Below, piece by piece: positions 20,969 through 29,216 of a DNA stretch of 34,141 bases. Position 1 is the stretch's first letter. The number at the start of each line of letters is the position of its first letter. The position numbers and the translations under genes are program-made. A model generated the notes under the pieces. That model was not told the origin of the DNA and ran no database searches. It saw only the letters and a program-made list of their open reading frames with translations. This DNA comes from Deltaproteobacteria bacterium (GTDB taxonomy: Bacteria; Myxococcota_A; Polyangia; Polyangiales; Houyiibacteriaceae): assembly GCA_034670305.1 (NCBI GenBank), contig JAXMNT010000069.1:1-34141 (forward strand), in the 5' to 3' direction.

Positions 20969-21070
20969 CGCCCCGAACAGCGCCGCGAACAGCGACGGCG
21001 AGAACGCGGCTTTCGGGCCGGAACGCGCAGCAAGGTGACGCGCGCGGCCCGCAGCGACTATCCTTGGCTG

Positions 21071-22759
21071 GTGCGGGTTTGTCCGACGTGCCGACTGCGT
21101 TACACCGATGACTCGACGACCTGCCTCGTCGATCAGTCTCGGTTGCAGCACGTCAAGGACCCACGCATCGGCACGGTCGTCGCGGGACGCTACACACTCG
21201 AGGATGTGCTCGGACGCGGGGGCATGGCGACCGTGTACCGGGCGAACCACGCGATGGCGCACCGACAGGTGGCGGTGAAGATCATTCACGACCGGTTTGC
21301 CCACGACCAGGGTCTGCGCGAACGCGTACAGCGCGAAGCGTCCGCATCGAAACAGTTGGCGCACCCGAACGTCGTCGAGATGTACGACCACGGCGAGACC
21401 GACGATGGACTGCCGTACCTGGTGATGGAGCTGCTCTCGGGTGATCCACTCGACCAGTACCTTCAGCGGCGCGGTGTCCTCTCGAGCGACGAGGTCGTGT
21501 CGCTGAGCCTGCAGATCGCCCGAGGGTTGAGCCGCGCACACGACTTCGGCGTCGTACACCGCGACATCAAGCCGGAGAACGTCTTCGTCTGCCGGTCGGA
21601 CGACGGGTCGCCGGTTGTGAAGCTGGTCGACTTCGGCATCGCGCTCAGCCCGGACGACCCACGCCTCACCGGCACCGGCGAGCTGCTCGGCAGCCCCCGC
21701 TACATGGCGCCCGAACGGTTTCGAGAGCGCGCTCAGGTCACGCCGAGCAGCGACCTCTACTCCCTCGGCGTGCTCATGTTCGAGCTGCTCACTGGGCGGC
21801 TCCCGTTCGAGTCCGAGTCGATCACCGGGTTCATTCTTGCGCACCTCGAAGAGACGCCACCGCACGTTCGGGATCTCGTGCCGACGTGCCGTCCCGAGCT
21901 TGACCGACTCGTGTTCGAACTGATGGCGAAGCAGACGGTTCAGCGGCCAGTCGACGCCCACGCGGTCGTCTCGATGTTGAACCCGCTTGCGAGCGAGAGC
22001 GCGAAACGGATCCGCACCGTCTCGATGTCGTCGTCTCTCCAGCCGCAGTCCGGCGGGGAGACCCTGCGCCTCGACCACTGGGCGATCCGAGCCAGCGCGT
22101 ACCAGCACATGCTCGAGCGGGCGTGGCCGGTGACGGACCCACCGAACGAACTCGAAGGCGCGCTCGCGGAACTCAACGCGACGATCGCGCGGCTCAAGGC
22201 GCTTCACCGAAAGGCGGATGAGGTGGAGACCGCACTGGCGCAACGAGAGCGTGAACTGCGTCTCGATCGCGAACGTCTTGGGCACGCGGTGGCGACCCTC
22301 GGTGAAGACCTCTCCAGGGCGCGTGCCGAGCAGCGGCGCGGCATGCGGACCCAGCCTGGGGCCCACGTGGGCAACTGGCAGGACTCCTACCGCATGGCGC
22401 TCGCGAAGGCGCTGCAGCTCGACGCGAAGAGCCCGGACCGCCCGACCAAACACGGGCTCGACACCTTGCAGGAAGCGGCGTCCGCCTACCGGAAGTGGCT
22501 CGAGATCGCGGACCACACTGGCGTCACCGATCTCGAGTTCCAGCTGGACGCGCTGCGCGGTCGGCTCGAGCGCCTGGAGCAGAGCGCACAGGCCAAACGG
22601 GCGGCCGATGCGGCGCGGCTCGAGTCCAATGGCACCGAGCGCCGCACGCTCGAGTCGCGCCTCGTGTCGTTGAGCCAGACGTTGTCGGTTGCGCTGCGGC
22701 CGCGCCCCGAACTGGCCGACCTCTTCGCGGCGCTCCAGAAGCCGAGCGCCACCGCCTGA
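21071..22759 (+). CDS. Ser/Thr protein kinase with N-terminal Zn-ribbon and C-terminal coiled coil
   Basis: LGRGGMATVY, VAVK, HRDIKPEN, DFG, YMAPE, DLYSLG; CPTC N-terminus. Alternative start 21035. Confidence 0.95.
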   Translation: MRVCPTCRLRYTDDSTTCLVDQSRLQHVKDPRIGTVVAGRYTLEDVLGRGGMATVYRANHAMAHRQVAVKIIHDRFAHDQGLRERVQREASASKQLAHPNVVEMYDHGETDDGLPYLVMELLSGDPLDQYLQRRGVLSSDEVVSLSLQIARGLSRAHDFGVVHRDIKPENVFVCRSDDGSPVVKLVDFGIALSPDDPRLTGTGELLGSPRYMAPERFRERAQVTPSSDLYSLGVLMFELLTGRLPFESESITGFILAHLEETPPHVRDLVPTCRPELDRLVFELMAKQTVQRPVDAHAVVSMLNPLASESAKRIRTVSMSSSLQPQSGGETLRLDHWAIRASAYQHMLERAWPVTDPPNELEGALAELNATIARLKALHRKADEVETALAQRERELRLDRERLGHAVATLGEDLSRARAEQRRGMRTQPGAHVGNWQDSYRMALAKALQLDAKSPDRPTKHGLDTLQEAASAYRKWLEIADHTGVTDLEFQLDALRGRLERLEQSAQAKRAADAARLESNGTERRTLESRLVSLSQTLSVALRPRPELADLFAALQKPSATA

Positions 22760-22777
22760 GCTCGCCCACCCGCCGCG

Positions 22778-23344
22778 CTACCACCCCCAGCGCGCGTCGA
22801 TGATCGCCCCGGCTCGGGTGCGCCTCGGCCGCATCACCACGTTCCGGCGGCCGGCGCGTTCGAGCACACACTGGATGCCGACCATCAACCCTCGAAGGTG
22901 AAACTCCGTGATCTCGGGCCAGCCCGTCATCTCGATCTCCGCGCGGCCTTCGCCCTTCATCGCGGAGGTCATCGCCCCGGTGTTGAAGACCTTGCGATAG
23001 AACATCGGCGTCCGGGCGACGAGTGCCTTGTCCGAAGTGAACCGAAGCAGGATGCGCCACAGGGTGCGTAGGGTTCGGTCCACCCCCGCGCGCATCACGT
23101 CGGCTTGCAGATCCTCGAGCCGAAGCGAGGCCTCCTCCGCGATGGCGCCGTAGACCGCCTCCACCGCCTCGCACGGAATCCATGTGATGGAGGTGGCCGA
23201 CTCGTAGGCCTCTCGCGTGGCGGGGTCGAGTTTCCCGATCGCGCGCTCGACGACGTCGCGTCCCACCATCTCGATGAGGATCTCGTGCGCTTCCCGCGTC
23301 GATGCCCCAGAGGTGCATCCATAATCGGCGGGTCGGTGAGACAT
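22778..23344 (-). CDS. Myxobacterial hypothetical protein (DUF2378/TIGR02265-like)
   Basis: 188 aa; SITWIP, G..TLRTLWR.LLR and C-terminal RW pattern resemble this family as recalled. Confidence 0.7.
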   Translation of the reverse strand: MSHRPADYGCTSGASTREAHEILIEMVGRDVVERAIGKLDPATREAYESATSITWIPCEAVEAVYGAIAEEASLRLEDLQADVMRAGVDRTLRTLWRILLRFTSDKALVARTPMFYRKVFNTGAMTSAMKGEGRAEIEMTGWPEITEFHLRGLMVGIQCVLERAGRRNVVMRPRRTRAGAIIDARWGW

Positions 23345-23467
23345 CGGGGGCGAGTCTGCCGAACTCGTCGAGATTGAGCGAGTGTTTGTTGCCGATCGAG
23401 GTCCCAGCCCGGCGCGGAAGCGTCCGGGTACGTGACATCGTGCGACTGGGCCGGATACTCTGCGGGT

Positions 23468-24637
23468 GTGAGTCGCCTTATCCTCTGCTTGGCCGGTTTC
23501 GTTCTGTGTGCGTGCAACGCCTTTGATGCGTCGCTCGTCGAAGTCGACGCGGGGGGCATCGAGGATACGAACACCGGCGTCGACACGGGCGAAGTCGACG
23601 CCCCACCGCCGGTCATGAATGGCTGCACCGCCGAGGATCCCTCGCGGGTTCCGCCCGGCCGTTCGACCGCCGGAAGCGGCGATGGAGAAGAAGTGGTGTT
23701 CGGCCTCAAAGAGGTCGGCCTCAACCAGAGCGGCGACGCTTGGCGGGACATCGGGCTCAACTTGGACGGCTTGTGCAGCTTGCCCCCGGTACCCCGTGTG
23801 GAGTGTGAGCCGCCCAATGCACCCGACGCCCAACCCCTCATCGATGGCAACGGCGGCATCGACAACGCGTTCGGCGCCGAGCTCTTTCCGCTCGTCGAGC
23901 TCGTGTTCCCGAACCTCGACAGCAACTCCCTCATGGCGGGCGAGCAGGGCATCGGGGTGGTCGCGCTGCGCATCCGTGGATGGAACGGCACGGGCGACGA
24001 CGACCGGGTCGACGTGACCTTGAGCCAAAGCGTCATCGGCACGTCCGGCACCGCCGACGAGACCGAGCCGCCTCCGGTGTTCGTGGTCGACCACCGGCTC
24101 TGGCTCGACGAAGCCGGGACCATGCCCGCGCCCGAACCTGCTTGGGAGGGCTTCGACTGGCTCTGGCTGCGTCAGGAGACGTTCCTCATGAACGATCTGG
24201 AGCAGCCGCGTGTGCGCGACGACAACGCCTACGTGACCGGCAACCAGCTCGTCGTGCGTCTCCCCGACCGTGTCGAGATCGTGTTCAGCGATCGCGAGAA
24301 CGGCATCAAGGTCAAGCTCACCGACGCCACCGCCGTGGGCACCTTCACCGACGACTTCACCCGGCTGAGCCCAGTCGTCGTCGCGGGCCGCTGGTCGATC
24401 ATCGATCTCCTCGACACCGCGAACAACATCGGCGTCTGCCCCGATGACCCGGAGTTCGATCTCTTGGTCAACCAGCTCAACACCGTCGCCGACGTCCGCG
24501 CGACGGCGGGCACAGGCGGCGAAGGCGTCGTCTGCGACGCCGTCAGCATCGGTGTCAGCTTCGAAGGCTACCGGGCCCGAATCGCCGCGGCGACGATGGG
24601 CCAACCCGTTCCCGACGCTTGCGCCGCCGGCGAGTAG
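23468..24637 (+). CDS. Acidic lipoprotein, hypothetical
   Basis: Lipobox LCAC; GLNLDGLC, DGNGGIDNAFG and CDAVSIGVSF motifs. Confidence 0.85.
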   Translation: MSRLILCLAGFVLCACNAFDASLVEVDAGGIEDTNTGVDTGEVDAPPPVMNGCTAEDPSRVPPGRSTAGSGDGEEVVFGLKEVGLNQSGDAWRDIGLNLDGLCSLPPVPRVECEPPNAPDAQPLIDGNGGIDNAFGAELFPLVELVFPNLDSNSLMAGEQGIGVVALRIRGWNGTGDDDRVDVTLSQSVIGTSGTADETEPPPVFVVDHRLWLDEAGTMPAPEPAWEGFDWLWLRQETFLMNDLEQPRVRDDNAYVTGNQLVVRLPDRVEIVFSDRENGIKVKLTDATAVGTFTDDFTRLSPVVVAGRWSIIDLLDTANNIGVCPDDPEFDLLVNQLNTVADVRATAGTGGEGVVCDAVSIGVSFEGYRARIAAATMGQPVPDACAAGE

Positions 24638-24655
24638 CCGAGAGCGGCGGTGCGC

Positions 24656-25441
24656 TCAGTGCGCGAAGACGACGACGCTGGTGATGTTGTCTTGGCTGCC
24701 GTGCTCGAACGCCAGGCGGTTGAGTTCGCGACAGGCCAGCTGCGGATCGGTGTGCGCGCCCAGCACGTCGCCGATGCGCTCGTTGGACAGAGCGTCGGTC
24801 AAGCCATCGCTGCACAGCAAGAAGACGTCGCCGGCTTCCACTTCGAGCACGACGAAGTCGGGTTCGGAGTTGCACTCGAGGGCGATGCAGCGGGTGACCA
24901 TCGCGGAGAACTCGTCGGGAAGGCTGGCCATCAGATCCGGCACCCCGGCTGCCCGGAGTTCGGCGACGAACGAGTGGTCCTTCGTGAGCTGTTCCAGGTG
25001 TCCGCCGCGCAAGCGGTACACCCGGCTGTCCCCGACGTGGGCGACGATGGCGCGCTGGTCGCGCATCAAGAGCGCGGCGAGGGTCGTGCCCATCTCCGCG
25101 AGCTCGCCCACGGCGCGCCGACCGATTTCGTCTCGGGCGAGCGCGATCGCCTGGCTGAGTCGGCGTCGGCCGCGCGCGACGTCGTCGTCCGCGCCAATCG
25201 TGACCGCGGTGGTGGCGTTGGCGACGAACTCGGCGACCGTATCGGCGACGACCTTGCTCGCGACTTCGCCGCCTTCGTGGCCGCCCATTCCGTCGGCCAC
25301 CAGGTAGAGGCCGATGTCGTCGCACACTCGGAACGAATCTTCGTTGTTCTCCCGCCGGCCGACGTGGCTCGTGCCATGCGCGCTGCGAATCGCTTCAGTG
25401 GCTGTGCAGGGAGTCGGAGTGGATTCGGTCGCCGTGGCCAT
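24656..25441 (-). CDS. PP2C-family Ser/Thr phosphatase
   Basis: RENNED, VADGMGGHEGGEVAS, MGTT, HVGDSRVY, LLCSDGL, DNIT. Confidence 0.97.
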   Translation of the reverse strand: MATATESTPTPCTATEAIRSAHGTSHVGRRENNEDSFRVCDDIGLYLVADGMGGHEGGEVASKVVADTVAEFVANATTAVTIGADDDVARGRRRLSQAIALARDEIGRRAVGELAEMGTTLAALLMRDQRAIVAHVGDSRVYRLRGGHLEQLTKDHSFVAELRAAGVPDLMASLPDEFSAMVTRCIALECNSEPDFVVLEVEAGDVFLLCSDGLTDALSNERIGDVLGAHTDPQLACRELNRLAFEHGSQDNITSVVVFAH

Positions 25442-25641
25442 CGGGGCCTACCTTGCGACAGTCGTGCCAGACCGCCAACGGCTCTTGGGCTCGAAAAGGT
25501 CCGCGATCACGGCTCGGATCCGCGACTGGGGGCCACCACCGGAGCCGGCGCGCGGGGTCGATGCACCCCAGTGCGGGCCGCAACCCGCAGGATGTCGGTT
25601 GAATCCCACGACTTCCGAGCTGCTCGGAGCGTGAACTTCGC

Positions 25642-26298
25642 TCAGTCCGCCGGGATCCCGTTGATGGCGTCGAGGAGGTCGAACTGATCGAACACAGCCG
25701 CGCTCTCATCCCGCGACCAACCGTGGCCACGCGCGTGCACCCTCCCCGCCCGGTCGATGACCACGAAGAATGGCAGTGTGCCGTCTGGGTTGTACGCCTC
25801 GCTCCGCTGCGCCGGGTCGAGGAGGGCCTTTCCAGGGGGCTCGATGCCAAACCCAGCTCTGAACGCCTCGCAGTCGGCTCGATCCGGAGCCTCATAGTCT
25901 ATCGTTTGCGTGTAGAGGAAGAGCCAGCGGACGTCGCCTGCCGGAAACGCCTCGGCGAGGATGTCCCCGACGTCCTGGGCTGCCTCGATGCACGGCGCGC
26001 ACCACGCGGCGAACTGGATGAGGACCGTCGCGCGGAAGTCGCAGCGCTCTTCGCCGTGTACCCGAAACGGGCTTCCGTCGCACTCCTCGACCATGAGGTC
26101 CCCGAGCGTAGAGCCGACCCCCGTTCCGAATGGGGGGGAGGGGCTCGGCGGGCAGAACCTTGCGTCGGTCCCGGTGTCGGTCCCCGCGTCGGTCCCTACG
26201 TCGGCCAACGCCGGGCCAGCGTCGTCGCCGGCATCGATGAACGTGCCTGTCGAGCTCGCGCAGCCGAGTGCGCAGAGCGCCATCAGGTGGGCCTTCAT
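25642..26298 (-). CDS. Thioredoxin-fold (TlpA/redoxin) lipoprotein
   Basis: Lipobox ALGC; FAAWCAPC; LPFFVVIDRAG. Confidence 0.85.
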   Translation of the reverse strand: MKAHLMALCALGCASSTGTFIDAGDDAGPALADVGTDAGTDTGTDARFCPPSPSPPFGTGVGSTLGDLMVEECDGSPFRVHGEERCDFRATVLIQFAAWCAPCIEAAQDVGDILAEAFPAGDVRWLFLYTQTIDYEAPDRADCEAFRAGFGIEPPGKALLDPAQRSEAYNPDGTLPFFVVIDRAGRVHARGHGWSRDESAAVFDQFDLLDAINGIPAD

Positions 26299-26368
26299 CG
26301 CCCAAGAGGATACCACGACGCCGGACGTCCCCCGTCGGTGCACGCGGTGCCCGGCCTCGGCAGATGGA

Positions 26369-27874
26369 TCAGAACGCGGACGGGTCGCATCGGAGGCCAA
26401 GCAGCTTCGCGCGGGCTTCGCCGACCAAGAACAGCGAGCCGGCGACGACGACGCGGCCCTCCGGACCGGCTGCTTCGGCGGCCCACCGCAGGGCTTCGTC
26501 GAGGGTGGCGGCGCCGCGTCCTTCTCGGATGGCTTGGTAGACGTCCGTGGTCTCGGGGGCGCGGTGGATGTTCGGCAGGGCGTAGATCCGTTGGGCCACG
26601 AGGTCGTCGAAGCACGGCAGCATGGCGGCGAGATCTTTGTCGCGCAGCGCACCGAAGAGAAGGACGGTTCGGGGGAGGGCGGCGTCGGCACCCGCATCGG
26701 CCACCGCCACAGCAGCAGCCACAGCACCAGCACCAGCCACAGCACCAGCGTCAGCCACAGCACCAGCGTCAGCCCCAGCACCAGCGTCAGCCAAAGCACC
26801 AGCGTCAGCCAAAGCACCAGCGTCAGCCACAGCACTTGCACCAACATCGGCCCCAGCCCCAGCAGCTCCAGCCGCGGCCTCGGCCCGGTTTGGGATCTGC
26901 AGCGCGCGGAGGTGGGCGGCGAGGGCCTCGCAGCCTTCGGGGTTGTGGGCGGCGTCGAGCAGGTACTCCTGGCCTTCGATCACGAGGCGCTCGAGGCGGG
27001 CGGGCCACGTGGCCTGCGCGAGGCCTTCTTCGATCGCCCGCTCCGGTACGTCGAGTCCGGACGCTCGGGTTCGGTGCAGCGCGGCGACGGCGACGGCTGC
27101 GTTGTGCGCTTGGTGGGCGCCGGCCAGTCCGAGTGGGTACGCGCGTTCGGTCTCTCCGATGCGGATGTGTGCGCGCCCGCAACCGTCTTCGAGCGCTTCG
27201 TAGCGCGTGTCGAATGCGTCGCCGATCTCCCACAAGTCGCAGTCGCGCTCCTCTGCGATCGATCCCACCACCGCCCGTGGCCCCGGCGCGCGGACGCCGC
27301 TCACTGCGGGGCGACCCTGCTCGAAGATGCCGGCCTTCTCGGCGGCGATGAGCTCTTCGGTGTCGCCGAGGATGCCGGGGTGTTCGAGCGTGATGCCGGT
27401 GACGACGCTGACGATCCGGCCCGAGACGGTGTTGGTCGCATCCAGCCGTCCGCCGAGCCCGACTTCGAGCACCACCACATCGCACGCGTGGTCTCGAAAA
27501 CTCTCGAATGCGAGCAGCACCGAGATCTCGAAGAACGTCAGCGGCGGCATCGCGTCGGACTCGTCGCGAATCGAAGTCAGGCGCGTCGCGATCTCCTCGT
27601 CGCCGATCGGTTCGCCGTCGATCCGGAACCGCTCGGCGTAGCGGTGAAGATGCGGCGAGGTGAAGAGCCCGGTTCGATGACCCGCGGCGCGGAGCGCGCG
27701 TTCGATCATCGCACAGGTACTGCCTTTGCCGTTGCTGCCGGTCACGTGCACGACGCGCAGATCCCGCTCTGGATGGCCCCGGTGTTCGAGGCCGCCCACC
27801 ATGCGGTCGAGTTCGTAGCGCACGCCCCGCGCGCTCAGCCCATACACCCACTCGAGCGCGTCGAGGTAGTTCAT
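26369..27874 (-). CDS. folC: Folylpolyglutamate/dihydrofolate synthase with an in-frame Ala-rich repeat insertion
   Basis: HVTGSNGKGST, FTSPHL, EVGLGGRLDATN, WPARLE, LDAAHNP, VAGSLFLVG. Confidence 0.95.
   Translation of the reverse strand: MNYLDALEWVYGLSARGVRYELDRMVGGLEHRGHPERDLRVVHVTGSNGKGSTCAMIERALRAAGHRTGLFTSPHLHRYAERFRIDGEPIGDEEIATRLTSIRDESDAMPPLTFFEISVLLAFESFRDHACDVVVLEVGLGGRLDATNTVSGRIVSVVTGITLEHPGILGDTEELIAAEKAGIFEQGRPAVSGVRAPGPRAVVGSIAEERDCDLWEIGDAFDTRYEALEDGCGRAHIRIGETERAYPLGLAGAHQAHNAAVAVAALHRTRASGLDVPERAIEEGLAQATWPARLERLVIEGQEYLLDAAHNPEGCEALAAHLRALQIPNRAEAAAGAAGAGADVGASAVADAGALADAGALADAGAGADAGAVADAGAVAGAGAVAAAVAVADAGADAALPRTVLLFGALRDKDLAAMLPCFDDLVAQRIYALPNIHRAPETTDVYQAIREGRGAATLDEALRWAAEAAGPEGRVVVAGSLFLVGEARAKLLGLRCDPSAF
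26680..26880. repeat. 18-bp/hexamer repeat (CAGCCACAGCACCAGCGT-like) inside folC
   Basis: Seen directly; encodes ADAGAL/ADAGAV units in the folC frame. Confidence 0.9.
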
Positions 27875-28611
27875 CCGACCACGACCGCCAGGTGGCGACC
27901 GGTGGTGCCGTCGTCTCGGCGGTAGGAGAAGAAGTCGTCCGCGTCGTCGTAGGTGCACCCGCCGACGTCGTCGATCTGGGTCACACCGATCGTGGCAAGT
28001 TGCGCCGAGACGATCGCGGCCAGGTCGACGTGCGGTTTCGGTCGGCTTCGGTCGATGGCGGCGGCGCCATACGACACCGCCTCCAGCCGCGTCGCGACTT
28101 CTTCGCCGACTTCGAAGCGCGGCATCCGAATGTGCGGCCCGATCGCCACCAGCAGCTCCTCGGCGCCGCGCCCACCGAGGATCGTGACCGCCGCCCGGCC
28201 GGCGATGCCGGCTTCCACCCCGCGCCAACCCGCGTGCACCGCGGCCACCCGCGACGTGCCCTTCACGGCCATCAGGATCGGCACGCAATCGGCCACCCGG
28301 ATCCCCACCGCGACCCCGGCTTCGACCGCAAACACGCCGTCCGCTTCTTCCTGGCGGACCACCTCGGGCGCTTGCCCGCGCCGAACCTGGCGGAGCATGG
28401 CCCCGTGCACCTGGGACACTTCGAAGAGCCCTTCGTAGCCGATGGCTGCGGCCAGCCGCCGATGGTTCTCTTCGACACGGTCGGCCACATCGCCGAGCCC
28501 GCGGCCGAGGTTGGCGCTCGCAAACGCGCCTTCGCTGACCCCACCGGTCCGGAGCGAGAACCCATGGCGAAACCCGTGAGCGGTCAGGAGGCTGGACTGT
28601 CGTATCTGCAA
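27871..28611 (-). CDS. pgeF: Peptidoglycan editing factor / YfiH-family laccase-domain protein
   Basis: HGFSLRTGGVS, QVHG, ADCVPIL, AVHAGWRG, FFSYRRD; ATGA overlap with folC. Confidence 0.95.
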   Translation of the reverse strand: MQIRQSSLLTAHGFRHGFSLRTGGVSEGAFASANLGRGLGDVADRVEENHRRLAAAIGYEGLFEVSQVHGAMLRQVRRGQAPEVVRQEEADGVFAVEAGVAVGIRVADCVPILMAVKGTSRVAAVHAGWRGVEAGIAGRAAVTILGGRGAEELLVAIGPHIRMPRFEVGEEVATRLEAVSYGAAAIDRSRPKPHVDLAAIVSAQLATIGVTQIDDVGGCTYDDADDFFSYRRDDGTTGRHLAVVVG

Positions 28612-28735
28612 CCGGTTGCCTCAGAGGTGGAGAGACGTCTGTCGGGCCGAACGGCCATCGCGCCCGCGGAATACGCCATCCCGCCCCAAAAACAAACCGC
28701 GCCCCGGCCGCCTCGTCGCCTTTGGACCATGGGTG

Positions 28736-28936
28736 ACTTCGCTTCGCGCAAAGTGCTGTGCACTTTGACGGTCTTCGGCGCTTGACAGCGCTCTCGACCG
28801 TTTGTTGTCCGAGGGGGATGGGCGCATCCCCCTCCGGCCTGCGGGGCACAGCCCCTCCGGCCTCCTCCCCAACTTCGCTTCGCGCAAAGTGCTGTGCACT
28901 TTGACGGTCTTCGGCGCTTGACAGCGCTCTCGACCG
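28736..28936. repeat. Perfect 65-bp direct repeat (28736-28800 and 28872-28936) around a 71-bp hairpin-containing spacer
   Basis: Seen directly. Confidence 0.95.
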
Positions 28937-28945
28937 GGTTAAAAA
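28918..28945 (+). promoter_or_regulatory. Putative sigma70 promoter of the tRNA
   Basis: TTGACA (28918-28923), 16 bp spacer, TAAAAA (28940-28945), 17 bp before the tRNA 5' end. Confidence 0.55.
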
Positions 28946-28962
28946 GCCGGTCCCTGACACCT

Positions 28963-29049
28963 GCGGATGTGGCGGAATTGGCAGACGCGCTGGATTAAGG
29001 ATCCAGTGGGGTAAAACCCGTGGAGGTTCGACTCCTCTCGTCCGCACCA
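28963..29049 (+). tRNA. tRNA-Leu, anticodon AAG
   Basis: Acceptor GCGGATG/CGTCCGC, discriminator A, encoded CCA; D-loop GGAATTGGCAGAC; anticodon arm CTGGA-TTAAGGA-TCCAG; long variable arm GGG-GTAAAA-CCC; T arm GGAGG-TTCGACT-CCTCT. Confidence 0.95.
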
Positions 29050-29064
29050 GATGTACCCAGGGTT

Positions 29065-29094
29065 GAAAAGGGAGCGCACCAGCGCTCCCTTTTC
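29065..29094 (+). terminator. Intrinsic terminator after the tRNA
   Basis: GAAAAGGGAGCGC-ACCA-GCGCTCCCTTTTC followed by TCATTT. Confidence 0.9.
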
Positions 29095-29114
29095 TCATTT
29101 CTCGGCGAAGCCGA

Positions 29115-29150
29115 CCCTTGCCCCTGCCCTTGCCCCTGCCCTTGCCCCTG
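29115..29150. repeat. (CCCTTG CCCCTG)x3 hexamer tract
   Basis: Seen directly. Confidence 0.9.
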
Positions 29151-29216
29151 GTTTGAAGCCGGGCATCGCCTCAACTTCCCGTCGAAGTTCGACGGCGGTG
29201 TACTAGTCTCTCCCCC

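Noticed and set aside
28736-28936. CRISPR array
   Set aside because: Only two 65-bp repeats with one structured 71-bp spacer, and no cas genes in the window.
28995-29001. Reading the tRNA anticodon as TAA
   Set aside because: The 5-bp stem CTGGA/TCCAG fixes a 7-nt loop TTAAGGA whose central triplet is AAG; G37 also fits a CUN decoder.
29050-29216. Integrative element at the tRNA 3' end
   Set aside because: No integrase and no duplicate of the tRNA 3' end in the window; hemE follows directly.
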